The notes under the pieces were generated by a model that was not told the origin of the DNA, did not search any database, and saw only the letters and a list, made by a program, of their open reading frames with translations. Positions 9,861-21,198 of a DNA stretch of 64,000 nt are shown piece by piece. The position numbers were made by a program, and so were the translations under genes. How positions within the stretch are numbered: the stretch's first letter is position 1; the number at the start of each line of letters is the position of its first letter. The DNA is from Chlorobaculum sp. MV4-Y (GTDB taxonomy: Bacteria; Bacteroidota; Chlorobiia; Chlorobiales; Chlorobiaceae), in assembly GCF_025244685.1 (NCBI RefSeq), contig NZ_CP104202.1, positions 1,748,471-1,812,470 of the forward strand. The letters run 5' to 3'.

Positions 9861-10897
9861 ACCACCTCCCTGTTCCGGCGCTCCACCGCCTGGAGCGTCT
9901 GCCCGAAGGCTTCACCGACACGCCAGTCGAAAAAATCGGCTCTATCCTGCTCGGCCCGTCGCTGATCTGGATCGAGGGCGAACCGGGGCCGCCGCTCTTC
10001 GTGTCGATTCTCCTGCACGGCAACGAAACCACCGGCTTCGACGCCACGCAGCGGCTGCTCAAAGCATACGACGCGCCCCGCCGACCGCTGCCGAGGCCGC
10101 TGCTGCTTTTCGTAGGCAACGTGGCCGCCGCCGGGCTGGGATTGCGCACGCTCGACGGGCAAGCAGATTACAACCGCATCTGGCATGACGAGCGCTATCC
10201 GGAGCACCGGCTGGCGCAGGAGGTGCTGGCGGAAATCGCCAAAGCCTCGCCGCTCGCCGCTATCGACCTGCACAACAACACCGGCAAGAACCCGCACTAC
10301 GGCTGCGTCAACCGGCTCGACGACGCCACGCTCAGCCTCGCCCGCCGCTTCAGCAAAACCATCGTCTGGTTCACCGAACCGCATGAGGTGATCTCGATCG
10401 CTCTGTCACAAATCTGTCCCTCCGTGACGCTCGAATGCGGCGTGTCGGGCAACGCCGCCGGAACAAGTCATGTGGAGCGATACCTCCAAAACTGCCTCGA
10501 ACTCTCCGCCGAAGAGCTCTTTACGCCACCCCCAAATCATCTCAGCGACCTGTTCCACACCACCGCCAAAATCGTCGTGCGCGATAGGCTGCGCTTGGAA
10601 TTCGGCGTGTGCGGAAATGAGGCAGATCTCTGCCTGCGCAAAGACCTCGAAACCCTCAACTTCGAGCGCGTCCCCGAAGGCGCGGAGCTGGGAAGCTATC
10701 GAGGCAACGCTCCGCCACTCGTGGTGATCGACAACGACGAATGCGACGTCACCAATCGCTACCTCCGCTTCAGCGAAGAGCGGATTTTCACGCGCCTGCC
10801 GATCGTCCCCTCGATGTTCACCCGCGACGTGCGCGTCATCATGCAGGACTGCCTCGGTTACATCATGGAACCGTACGAAGTGAAGGGGACAGTTTAA
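9848..10897 (+). CDS. succinylglutamate desuccinylase/aspartoacylase (AstE/AspA) family zinc deacylase
   Basis: Start MEHLNHLP overlaps the upstream stop by 13 nt. HGNETTG zinc-binding motif. Confidence 0.6.
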   Translation: MEHLNHLPVPALHRLERLPEGFTDTPVEKIGSILLGPSLIWIEGEPGPPLFVSILLHGNETTGFDATQRLLKAYDAPRRPLPRPLLLFVGNVAAAGLGLRTLDGQADYNRIWHDERYPEHRLAQEVLAEIAKASPLAAIDLHNNTGKNPHYGCVNRLDDATLSLARRFSKTIVWFTEPHEVISIALSQICPSVTLECGVSGNAAGTSHVERYLQNCLELSAEELFTPPPNHLSDLFHTTAKIVVRDRLRLEFGVCGNEADLCLRKDLETLNFERVPEGAELGSYRGNAPPLVVIDNDECDVTNRYLRFSEERIFTRLPIVPSMFTRDVRVIMQDCLGYIMEPYEVKGTV

Positions 10898-10952
10898 GCG
10901 GAGCGGACAGACAGTACCGAATCAGACGGTTCGGGATAGCAATAGTTACAGC

Positions 10953-12083
10953 TCACTGCCTGGCTTTCGTGGCGATCAGCTCAAGATAACGGTCGATGAG
11001 CTTGCCGTTGACTGCCGCCCATGACTTGTCCTCGGCGAAGGCGAGGCCGCGTTCGCGCATGGCGCGGAACAGTTCTCCATCCTGCATGAGTTTTGTGCAG
11101 CACTTGTAGAAATCGCTAATGTCACCCGCTTTTGCGACAAAACCACCGCCGGAGCGTTCGACCAGCTCCTGACAGCCACCAACGTCCGACACCACGGCAG
11201 GCAGACCGGTAGCAAGCGCTTCGAGCGTCACGTTGCAGAACGCCTCGGTGGTCGAGGGGAAGAGAAAAAGGTCGCCGCTGGCGTAGGCCTCAGGCAGCGC
11301 TGTACCGGTGAGGTAACCGGTGAATACCGCATCCGGCATCCGCGCCCGCATCTCTGCCTCCTCGGGGCCGGAGCCGATCATCACGAACCGCACACGCTCG
11401 CCAAGCCCCTCCGCCACGAATCGTTCGTAAAGGCTCATCACCACCTCGATATCCTTGTAAAGCACGAAACGACCGGCGTAGATGATGACCGTCCGCCCCT
11501 CCGCGTCCCACGCCCGGCGCAGCTTTGCTGAGCGGCGCGACGGGTCGAACAGCTCTTTGTCGATGCCGCGCGACCAGAGTTCCACCTTCTCGATCCCCTT
11601 GCCGGTGAGCCGCTCACGGACGCTCTCGTTCGGCGCGAGCGTTACGTCACAGGCGTTGTAGAATTTCCGGAGAAAATTCCAGATCGCCGGTTCTGCGAAG
11701 CCGAGATGGTAGTAACTCAGGTAGGAGGGAAAATCGGTGTGATAGGCCGAGCCAACCGGAATGCCTTTTCGTTTGGCGTAGTGCAGAAATTTGCGGCCAA
11801 CGATGTCGGGGGTCGAGATGTGAACGATATCCGGCGCGAACTCGTCGAGCTGCCGTTCGGTGACGGCATTATAGAAGCCGAGCTTGTAGTCGGGATAGAG
11901 GGGAATGGGCACCGACGGCGTCAGGTTGACTGGCACCGAGGCGTTCGCTCCGGGCGTGAAATCGGGCGTCCAGACCACGACCTCGTGGCCATTTTTAATC
12001 ATGGACGAGACAAGCTGGTAGATCGAGCGGACAGCGCCATCCTTGTCCTTCACATAGGTCCCGGCATACAGGGCTACCTTCAT
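10953..12083 (-). CDS. glycosyltransferase family 4 (GT-B, group 1)
   Basis: 376 aa with C-terminal GT1 motifs (FLFPSTTEAFCNVTLEALATGLPAVVSDVGG). Confidence 0.7.
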   Translation of the reverse strand: MKVALYAGTYVKDKDGAVRSIYQLVSSMIKNGHEVVVWTPDFTPGANASVPVNLTPSVPIPLYPDYKLGFYNAVTERQLDEFAPDIVHISTPDIVGRKFLHYAKRKGIPVGSAYHTDFPSYLSYYHLGFAEPAIWNFLRKFYNACDVTLAPNESVRERLTGKGIEKVELWSRGIDKELFDPSRRSAKLRRAWDAEGRTVIIYAGRFVLYKDIEVVMSLYERFVAEGLGERVRFVMIGSGPEEAEMRARMPDAVFTGYLTGTALPEAYASGDLFLFPSTTEAFCNVTLEALATGLPAVVSDVGGCQELVERSGGGFVAKAGDISDFYKCCTKLMQDGELFRAMRERGLAFAEDKSWAAVNGKLIDRYLELIATKARQ

Positions 12084-12254
12084 ATCGGGGCGGCAAAAAG
12101 CTGAAAATCATTGCGTCTGACATATGGAACATCGAGCCGCACAGGCAAAAACCGGCAGACCGTTCCACTCCCATACAGGATGAGTCAAGGTAATATTTCC
12201 CTCATAAAAAGCCGCGTTGCCACCGAAGTTTGCACGATCCGCCGACAGGACGCA

Positions 12255-12722
12255 TTACCGGATCGAGGCGATCCTGCCCATCACCGGCTTGACCAGTCTT
12301 TTGTAATCGAACCAGGAGAGCCGGAGCAGCTCGCGGTGGGTTCCTGCGTTAAAAACAATATCCCTGCTCTCATCAAGCTCCTCGTCCGCATAGACCGTCA
12401 AGCCGTACAGATTGCCAAACGGCGGCATTGCTCCGATTTCACACTCGGGAAAAAGCCCACTGAACGCTGTCTCTTCAGCAAGAGTGACATCGCGTGAGCC
12501 ACACAGTTCGCGGAGCCGATCGAAATCGAGATGTCGCGAAGCGTGCAAAAGCGCCATGGCCATGTTGCCATCGATGGAAACCATGACCGTCTTGACCAGC
12601 TCTTTGCCCGACACATGCGCGGCGGCGGCGATGTCTTGAGCTGTGTAGGCCGGAGAGTGGCTGATGACGAAATACTTAACGTGATGGCTGTCGAGAAACT
12701 CCCGTAATCTGCGGATAGGCAT
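12255..12722 (-). CDS. YbaK/ProX-type aminoacyl-tRNA deacylase domain protein
   Basis: 155 aa YbaK/EbsC-like fold signature. Confidence 0.55.
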   Translation of the reverse strand: MPIRRLREFLDSHHVKYFVISHSPAYTAQDIAAAAHVSGKELVKTVMVSIDGNMAMALLHASRHLDFDRLRELCGSRDVTLAEETAFSGLFPECEIGAMPPFGNLYGLTVYADEELDESRDIVFNAGTHRELLRLSWFDYKRLVKPVMGRIASIR

Positions 12723-12927
12723 TGCATCCTCCTTGGTTTTGTGTTGAACCGCTGATGTTTACAGAGCACAAATTCCAGTCTGTCGAACCGGCAAGGAATG
12801 AAAAAATCGGACCGTCATGTCATGGATACCGGAAGGAGCCGGCCATGGACGAGTCGAGAGGAAACAATTCCATTGTACGAAAAAGGGCGGGCCAACGCAA
12901 ACCGCATGGGCGAACAGCCCCTGAATC

Positions 12928-13710
12928 TCACCGGTACCCGGCTCGCCAGGCCTCGAGCAAAGGCAGCGCTTCGCGGTAACCCGTGTCGATAATCTCCGGC
13001 ACTGCGGACATATCGACCAGGCTGAAACGGGAAAGATCGGGAGTGATAACCAGATCGGCTTCGCTGATCTGAATCTGCGAAATAGCACGCATAGCGCTGT
13101 AAAAAGCATTAAGCAACAAATCGGGCAAATGCTCTGGCCGCCGGAAGGTGTGGCGGCCAAACAGATCAATGCAAACAATGCGGTTCGCGCCCATCTCCTT
13201 GAGCGGAGAGACCGGCACATTCTCGGTCAGCACGCCATCGACCAGCAGCATCTCTCCCTGCTCCACCGGTTTGAAAATGCCGGGAATCGACGAGCTGGCC
13301 ATCACCGCCGTGGCCACATCACCCTCTCGAAGCACCACCTCGCTTCCGGTGCAGATGTCGGTGGCCACGATAGCGAGCGGAGTCGGAGCATCCTCGATGC
13401 GGCGGGTGCCGAGCTGGGCGCGGACGATCTCGCCGAATTTGCGGATCGAAAGCAGACCATAACTGGAGATGGTGAGGCCCGACAAATCAGACCAGTCCAG
13501 CTCAAGGGCGACCTTTTCGATCTCCTGCCAGCTTTTACCGAAAGCATGCATCGCCGCGATGAACGAGCCGATGCTGGTGCCAGCGACGCACGCTGCCCTG
13601 AAGCCGGTCTCCTCCATCGCCCTGAGCACACCGATGTGCGCCGCGCCAAGCACCACGCCGCCGCCGAAAGCCAGGCCGGTTCGTTCCGATACCTTCTCTG
13701 CTGTACTCAT
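12928..13710 (-). CDS. patatin-like phospholipase
   Basis: Start at [18 protein letters not shown] oxyanion motif and GTSIGS nucleophile elbow. Confidence 0.75.
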   Translation of the reverse strand: MSTAEKVSERTGLAFGGGVVLGAAHIGVLRAMEETGFRAACVAGTSIGSFIAAMHAFGKSWQEIEKVALELDWSDLSGLTISSYGLLSIRKFGEIVRAQLGTRRIEDAPTPLAIVATDICTGSEVVLREGDVATAVMASSSIPGIFKPVEQGEMLLVDGVLTENVPVSPLKEMGANRIVCIDLFGRHTFRRPEHLPDLLLNAFYSAMRAISQIQISEADLVITPDLSRFSLVDMSAVPEIIDTGYREALPLLEAWRAGYR

Positions 13711-13714
13711 AAGT

Positions 13715-15096
13715 CTATGAAAAGAGGGTGACAATTTTTTTGAGCAAGTGGAACCGGCCCGAACTGTAGGGAGGATAGCGCAAATCCGGATCAGGGAAAC
13801 CGCCTCGGTCAAGCACGCTCCGCTCCGTGGTGAAGGTCTCAAAGCCGGCCCTGCCATGATAGACACCAATGCCGCTCGCCCCCCTGCCGCCGAAAGGCAG
13901 ACCATGAATCGAGGCCTGAAAAAGCAGGTCGTTGCAGCAGACGCCTCCGCTCCGGGTGTGCTCGCGCAGATACCGAAGCTCGGCGCGGTCACGGGAAAAA
14001 AGATAGACGGCGAGAGGAGCGTCGAGCGACCGGACCATGCCGACAGCCTCCTGAAGCGTCGTGAACGAACGCACTGGCAGCAGCGGTCCGAAAATCTCCT
14101 CTTTCAGAAGATCGGAATCCTCCGGAATGTCATGAAGAATCGTCGGAGCGATATAACGCGCTTCCCCGTTCGAGCCGCCCCCTCGACAAGCTTACCCTCG
14201 CGCAGCAACGCTTCGAGTCGCTGGAAGTTGCGGGCATCGACGATCCGGCCATAGTCGGCACTCGCCTCCGGATCGGCTCCATAATAAAGTCTGAGCGCCT
14301 CTTTCATCAATCCGTGCAACGACTCTTTGACCCCCTCCTGCACCAGCAGGTAGTCAGGCGCCACACAGGTCTGACCGGCATTGAGGAATTTGGCCCACGC
14401 GATCCGACGCGCGGCCAGGCGCAGATCGGCCTTTGCGGTCACGATCACCGGGCTTTTGCCACCGAGTTCGAGCGTCACCGGCGTCAGATGGCGCGCCGCC
14501 GACTGCATCACCTCACGCCCCTTCCAGCGGCTCCCCGTGAAAAAGAGATAATCGAACCGGTGTTCCAGCAGCCGGGTGGTGAACGCCGCATCGCCTTCAA
14601 CAACCCTGACCGCTTCAGGATCGACATAAGGCGCCAACTCCGAAGCAAGCAGAGCCGACGTAGCCGGAGCCATCTCCGAAGGCTTCACGACTGAAACGTT
14701 ACCACCGGCCAGAGCGCCGATGAGCGGAGCGAGGCAAAGCTGCAACGGATAGTTCCATGCGCCGATGATGAGCACGAGGCCAAGAGGATCGCGCTCAACG
14801 AAAGCGCGCGCGGGCTGGTAGTGCAGCGGCACGCCGACCTTTTTCGGGCGCATCCAGCGGCGAAGGTGTTTCAGCACGTAACGGATTTCGCTCCTGAGCC
14901 ACGCGGTCTCGGTCAGCCAGGTCTCGGCGACCGGCTTGCGAAGATCGGCATGAACCGCGGCGGCAATTTCATGTTCCCGTTCACGAAGAAACGCTTCGAG
15001 CCCGCGAAGCTGCGCGCGACGCCATTCGAGCGGGCGGGTTTGCCCGCTGTCAAAATAGCGCTGGAGGCCGGCATGGGTTGATGCGTCGTAGGTCAT
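13715..15096 (-). pseudogene. aldehyde dehydrogenase (ALDH3-like), apparently frameshifted
   Basis: Two ORFs (14104..15348 and 13715..14074) rejoin into continuous ALDH sequence after a -1 shift in a G5 run at about 14178-14182, giving ...[45 protein letters not shown]. Start taken at MTYDAS. Confidence 0.65.
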
Positions 15097-15122
15097 GGGT
15101 TCGGTTCGATTTTGCGCAGTCT

Positions 15123-15207
15123 TGATAATTTCTGTAGGGGTAGCCCTCGCGGCTACCCATCTTGTCGCGTGACATTGAAAAAAGAGGGCAACCGCGAGGG
15201 TTGCCCC
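15123..15207. repeat. about 80-bp palindromic intergenic element TGTAGGGG...CCCCTACA
   Basis: TGTAGGGGTAGCCCTCGCGGCTACCC ... GGGCAACCGCGAGGGTTGCCCCTACAAAGAAT. A related copy lies at 59101-59191. Confidence 0.6.
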
Positions 15208-15382
15208 TACAAAGAATCCGACCTCCCGCTCTTCAATCCATCGGCAAACAAAAGAAGCATCCTGAATAAATGTATCAATATCCGCCATTATAAACCGTAA
15301 TTTTGCTGGTCTGGTTCTGCGGATGTAACTTCTCGTAGTCAAAAACACAGCCCTCGATCAATATATATATACTCTACACTGC

Positions 15383-16144
<762 letters not shown>

Positions 16145-16267
16145 GCGCGACGGTTCAGGGAACCATTTCTGAACCGTCAAAAGTTCTTTGAAAAAGAACG
16201 TCAACCAGATCGTTGACCGTGCGTCCAGAAAGGCGGCTTTCCGATTCCGGCGGGAGGCCGCTTCCGG

Positions 16268-18642
16268 TTGAGACCCTTTCGCCGTCCGGAAAAAGGAGCA
16301 TACACCATGCCGGTTCCAGCAAAACTCCTCCCCACGCAGCTCTACAACCGGTGCGATCCCGGCCAGTTCACCTTCAGCACCACCGCCGAAATCGATGGCC
16401 CGGCTGGAATCGCCGGCCAGGAGCGAGCGCTTGACGCCATCCGGCTCGGCATGGGCATACGGCGCGATGGCTTCAACCTCTTCGCCCTCGGCCCGGCAGG
16501 CACCGGCAAGGAGAGCACCGTGCTGCAATTTCTCAACGACGCCGCGGCTGCGAGCTGAGGAACGACATGGAGCGCCTCGTCGAAACGCTTTTCAGCGTCA
16601 TGCCTGCCGCATTCAGCAGCGAAGAGTACCAGTCTCGGGAAAAGGAGATCGGCGAGGCGTTGCAGGAAAAGCAAGCCAACGCCATGGAGGCACTCGAAAA
16701 GGACGCGAGAGAACACGAAATCACCCTCATCCGCACGCCAGGCGGATTCGCTTTCGCGCCGGTGCGCGAGGAAGCGGTAATCGCGCCGGACGACTACCTG
16801 AAGCTGAAGCAGGAGGAGCGCGACCAGATCGAAAAGGAGACCGGACGACTGCGCGACAACCTCCAATCGATCATGGCGCAGTTTCCCAAGTGGCAGCGGG
16901 AAACCGCAGAGAAGATCAAGGAGCTGAACCGCGAGGTGTCGGCATTCGCCCTGAAGCCGCTCATGGATGAAATCAGAGCCAGATACAAAGAGGTCGAAGC
17001 GGTGCTTCGCTATCTGGGCGAAGTCGAAAAGGACATGATCGAAAACTTCGGCCAGTTCTTCGAAAAAGAGTCGCCGGACGAAGGGCCGCTCATGACGCTA
17101 CAGCCATTTGGCCCCGCCGGGCGCAGGCTCTCCACCGTCCGCTATCGAGTCAACGTGATGATCGACAACAGCCAGCTCGACGGCGCGCCGGTGATTCTCG
17201 AAGACAAACCCGCCTCCCAGAACCTCGTGGGTGACATCGAGCACGCCGCGCAGATGGGCACGCTCATCACCGACTTCACGCTCATCAAGCCGGGTGCCTT
17301 GCACCGGGCCAACGGCGGCTACCTCATCCTCGACGCACGGCGTCTGTTGCTCGAACCCTTCGCATGGGAAGCACTCAAGAAAGCGCTTCGCACCCGCCAG
17401 ATCCGCATCGAATCGCTCGCGCAGCTCTACAGCCTCGTAAGCACCATTTCGCTCGAACCGGAACCTATTCCGCTCGACATCAAGGTCGTGCTGCTCGGCG
17501 AGCGACAGCTTTACTCCATGCTGAGCAGTTACGATCCCGACTTCAACGAGCTGTTCAAGATCGCCGCCGATTTCGACAACGACATGGAGCGCACCCCGGA
17601 AACGCATCTGGCCTACGCGCGCCTCGTCGGCTCGATAGCCGCGCGCGACAAGCTCCTGCCCTTTGAGCGCGGTGCGGTGGCCCGCATCATCGAGCACGGC
17701 TCCCGCATGGCGGGCGACGCCACCCGGCTCACCTCGAATCTTCAGGCGATCCGCGACCTCGCGCACGAGGCAGAGTACCACGCCGCACAAAACAAGCGGA
17801 CGCAGGTGAGCGCCGACGATGTGGAAGCGATGCTCGAAGCACAGCGATACCGATCGGCGCGGGTTCAGGAGCGGATGCGGGACGCGATGATGCGCGGCAC
17901 GATCCTGATCGACACCTCGTCGGAAGAGGTCGGGCAGATTAATGGCCTCTCGGTCTATTCGCTGGGCGAACAGAGCTTCGGCACGCCGAGTCGCATCACG
18001 GCACGGGTACGGCTCGGCAAGGGCGAGGTAATCGATATCGAGCGCGAGGTCGAAATGGGCGGGCCGATCCACTCGAAAGGGGTGATGATTTTGTCGGGGT
18101 TCCTCGGCTCGCGCTACGCCGCCGAGCAGCCCCTCTCGCTCTCCGCGACGCTGGTGTTCGAGCAATCCTACGGCGGCATCGAGGGCGACAGCGCCTCATC
18201 CACCGAACTCTACGCTTTGCTCTCGGCGATCTCCGGCATTCCGATCCGCCAGTCGCTCGCCGTCACAGGCTCGGTCAACCAGCGCGGCCAGGTGCAGGCT
18301 ATCGGCGGCGTCAACGAAAAAATCGAAGGATTTTTCGATCTTTGCAACGCGCGTGGCCTCGACGGGCGCCACGGCGTAATGATCCCCGCCTCAAACATCA
18401 GGCACCTGATGCTCCGGCACGACATTGTCAAGGCAGTCAAAGAGGGACAATTCTCGATCTGGCCGGTCTCGACCATCGACGAAGGCATCGAAATTCTGAC
18501 CGGCGTTCCGGCTGGAGAACCCGACGAAAACGGCGCGTGGCCCGCAGGCACAGTCAACGCAAAAGTGTTCGAGCGGCTCAAGACGATGGCTGAAAAGCAA
18601 AAATCGTTCGGCAAAAAACAGAACGGCGAATCGGAAAAATAA
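16268..18642 (+). pseudogene. Lon-like ATP-dependent protease (LonB/LonC-type), apparent frameshift between Walker A and Walker B
   Basis: ORF1 (96 aa) ends just after Walker [13 protein letters not shown]2 (691 aa, different frame, 9 nt later) carries a Walker-B-like GGYLILDA and a C-terminal Lon protease domain (GDSASS Ser site, GGVNEKIEG Lys). A single-base indel near 16545-16560 would fuse the two. Confidence 0.65.
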
Positions 18643-18658
18643 AAGAGAGGTATCAACG

Positions 18659-19492
18659 ATGACAAACCGCATCATTCACTCGATAGCCGTTGCCATCGAC
18701 TGCTCGCCGCACAGCAAGGCGTCGCTCGAAGCCGCTGCCGAGATGGCCGCGCGGCTCAAGGCAGAGCTGATCGGCATTTTTGTCGAAGACATCAACCTCC
18801 TGCGCGTGGCGGGCCTGCCCTTTGCCGAACAGGTGCGCCTCGACACCGCGACCACCGAAAAGCTCGACACCGCGCAGCTCGAACGGATGCTCAGGCGCCA
18901 GGCGGAGCAGGCGCGGAAAATGCTGGAGCATATCGCCCAGACCCGGACACTCCATCACACTTTCCGCGTACTGCGGGGCATGGTCTCCGAACAGCTCATG
19001 CAAGCCGCGCCGGAAGCGGACATGCTGGTGCTTGGCCGAAGCGGACGCTCTCCGTCTTGCCGCAAAGGACTTGGCTCAACAGCCCGCACGGCGCTCGACG
19101 AATGCAAGATGAACGTGATGCTGATGCGTCCCGGCGTCACAGCCGCCGAAGGCCCACTGCTGGTGCTCTGCGACAGCTCGGAAGCCTCGAAGCGCGCCCT
19201 CCGGACAGCGCTCGAAATCGCCGGGCCGAAAAGCACGCTTCACCTGCTCGTCACCGACCCAACCACGGAAGCCGTGGAGCGCTGCAAAAAAGAGGCGAAC
19301 GCGATGCTCAACGGGCGACCCATCGAAACCGAATACGACCATCTCCCCTTCACCGAAGGCAAACAGCTCGCCAGCTTCATAAGAATGATCGACTCCGGCC
19401 TCCTCGTCATTGGCGAAGGCATGAACCTGCCGGACGCGACCATCCGCGAACTGATCGACAACATCGACTACCCGGTATTGGTGGTAAAATGA
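18659..19492 (+). CDS. universal stress protein (tandem UspA domains)
   Basis: 277 aa made of two Usp-like halves. RBS AGAGAGG upstream. Confidence 0.7.
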   Translation: MTNRIIHSIAVAIDCSPHSKASLEAAAEMAARLKAELIGIFVEDINLLRVAGLPFAEQVRLDTATTEKLDTAQLERMLRRQAEQARKMLEHIAQTRTLHHTFRVLRGMVSEQLMQAAPEADMLVLGRSGRSPSCRKGLGSTARTALDECKMNVMLMRPGVTAAEGPLLVLCDSSEASKRALRTALEIAGPKSTLHLLVTDPTTEAVERCKKEANAMLNGRPIETEYDHLPFTEGKQLASFIRMIDSGLLVIGEGMNLPDATIRELIDNIDYPVLVVK

Positions 19493-19551
19493 ATTGAACT
19501 CTGGGAAACAACAGGGCGGACATACAGGTGCGCCCTTACAGAATTCATCAA

Positions 19552-20343
19552 TTATCCATTTATCGTCGCCATCAAAATCCCCGCTGAAACCGAGGCATTA
19601 AGGGATTCGACGGCGGGGTGGGCCCCGGCGTGGGGAATCAGGAGACGACGGTTGGCGAGAGCGAGCACTTCGGTGCTGATACCGTTGGCTTCGTTGCCGA
19701 TGACAAGTATCCGTCGATCGGGCCACACTGCAAAGGAACGGTAGTCCTGCCCGTTGAGCGCTGAGGCCGCAACCGTGAAGCCATCGGTTTGCAGGCGGCG
19801 TAGCGTTTTGGCGAGGTCAGGAGTGGTGTCAATTCCGAGCGCGAAGATGCTGCCTGCACTCGACCGGACCGATTTGGCGTTGAAGGGATCGGCAGTGCCG
19901 CGCCCGCAGATGACCGCTTCCGCGCCGAACCAGGCAGCAGTGCGGATGATCGTGCCGACGTTGCCCGGATCCTGCACGTCATCGAGCGCCACGACGAACG
20001 AACGGGCGGATGCGGGCCGGTATTCGCCGCCCTGCGGCTTGCGGAACGCAGCACAGACGCCCTGCGGCGAGGTGGTCTGCGCGAGTCGCCGGAAATCATC
20101 CGTCCCGGCAAGCCACACCTTCCCGGCGAAACGCCTCAAGCCATCGAGCTGAGCCGCCGCATTTTCGTCGAGCACAAGCGCGTGCAACATTGCCGGATCG
20201 GGCAAACTCTGGAGCAGCTCGCTTACCGTGCGCAACCCCTCGGCAAGAAACAGGCTTTCGCTGTCGCGATGCTTCTTCTGCCCGAGCCGCGCCAGACGGC
20301 CCAGCATCGCCTTGCTCAGCGGCGGAAATGGTTCGCGCCTCAT
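19552..20343 (-). CDS. SpoU/TrmH-family RNA 2'-O-methyltransferase
   Basis: SPOUT C-terminal motifs (LVIGNEANGIS, ESLNASVSAGILM). Confidence 0.8.
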   Translation of the reverse strand: MRREPFPPLSKAMLGRLARLGQKKHRDSESLFLAEGLRTVSELLQSLPDPAMLHALVLDENAAAQLDGLRRFAGKVWLAGTDDFRRLAQTTSPQGVCAAFRKPQGGEYRPASARSFVVALDDVQDPGNVGTIIRTAAWFGAEAVICGRGTADPFNAKSVRSSAGSIFALGIDTTPDLAKTLRRLQTDGFTVAASALNGQDYRSFAVWPDRRILVIGNEANGISTEVLALANRRLLIPHAGAHPAVESLNASVSAGILMATING

Positions 20344-21134
20344 CGCTTTTCCGTCGAACGTTTGAAGCGCTCCATGACCGCCTTCGGATCATGGGAAAAT
20401 TCGGTTGGCGGCGTGCCTGGCCTCGACGAAAGATCGCCCGCATCGAGGCCCACCGAAAAGCCTTCGCTGTCGGTTGCATCATCGTCGATGCAGACATCTG
20501 GTTCGGTCATGCAGCGCTTGATGTAGTCGTCGAACGACTCCTTGTCGATGGAGAGCGAGAGGGCTGGCGATTCATTGCTTTTGGCCGGACCTTGCGCCGA
20601 AACCATTTCAACCACGACGGCCAGTACTCGGTCGCGCGTTACGCCGCCCATACCGGCCTTGCGTGCCATCGACGAAAAAGCGGCGGCGTCCATCGACTCG
20701 AGGGTTTCGCGCAGAGTGACAATGCCGCCAACCATGCCGGCATAGGCCGTAACGGCGGACTTCAGCTCCTCGTCATCAGGAACCCGCTCCTTCGAAGCAC
20801 CCGATGAAGGGGAGCCCGATGGTTTTGTGGATCTTGGTTTACGCACACCGCGTCCGAGAAACTCCTCGTCGATCTCGTAGTCATCGAGCAGATTGCCGAC
20901 CAGCCCGTCGCGCTTGGCTCGCGCGCGCCGCTCCGAGACGCTCTCGACCACCTCGCGACGCCCTTCCGACATGGTGCGCAGACCGAACAGCAAACCAACA
21001 AGCCCGGCATAGAGCGAAAGGAGAAGCACCATCCATCCCGGATCGAAACCACCAAGCGTGGCGACAAGAAGTTCAGCGGCGATAAATACTATGGAAATGC
21101 CGACAAGCAAACCGGCGGTGAGGCGTTGGTTCAT
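20340..21134 (-). CDS. hypothetical membrane protein
   Basis: Two N-terminal TM helices followed by an acidic, low-complexity region. 4-nt overlap with the downstream SpoU gene. Confidence 0.4.
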   Translation of the reverse strand: MNQRLTAGLLVGISIVFIAAELLVATLGGFDPGWMVLLLSLYAGLVGLLFGLRTMSEGRREVVESVSERRARAKRDGLVGNLLDDYEIDEEFLGRGVRKPRSTKPSGSPSSGASKERVPDDEELKSAVTAYAGMVGGIVTLRETLESMDAAAFSSMARKAGMGGVTRDRVLAVVVEMVSAQGPAKSNESPALSLSIDKESFDDYIKRCMTEPDVCIDDDATDSEGFSVGLDAGDLSSRPGTPPTEFSHDPKAVMERFKRSTEKR

Positions 21135-21198
21135 ATCGTCAAATCAGTTGTTATATTTTGACCACTAAAGTAACGAATAATTCGCTTTTCGCCCCGAC

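Noticed and set aside
17098-18165. 355-aa ORF antisense to the Lon-like protease
   Set aside because: Same reasoning. The sense frame carries clear Lon ATPase and protease motifs.
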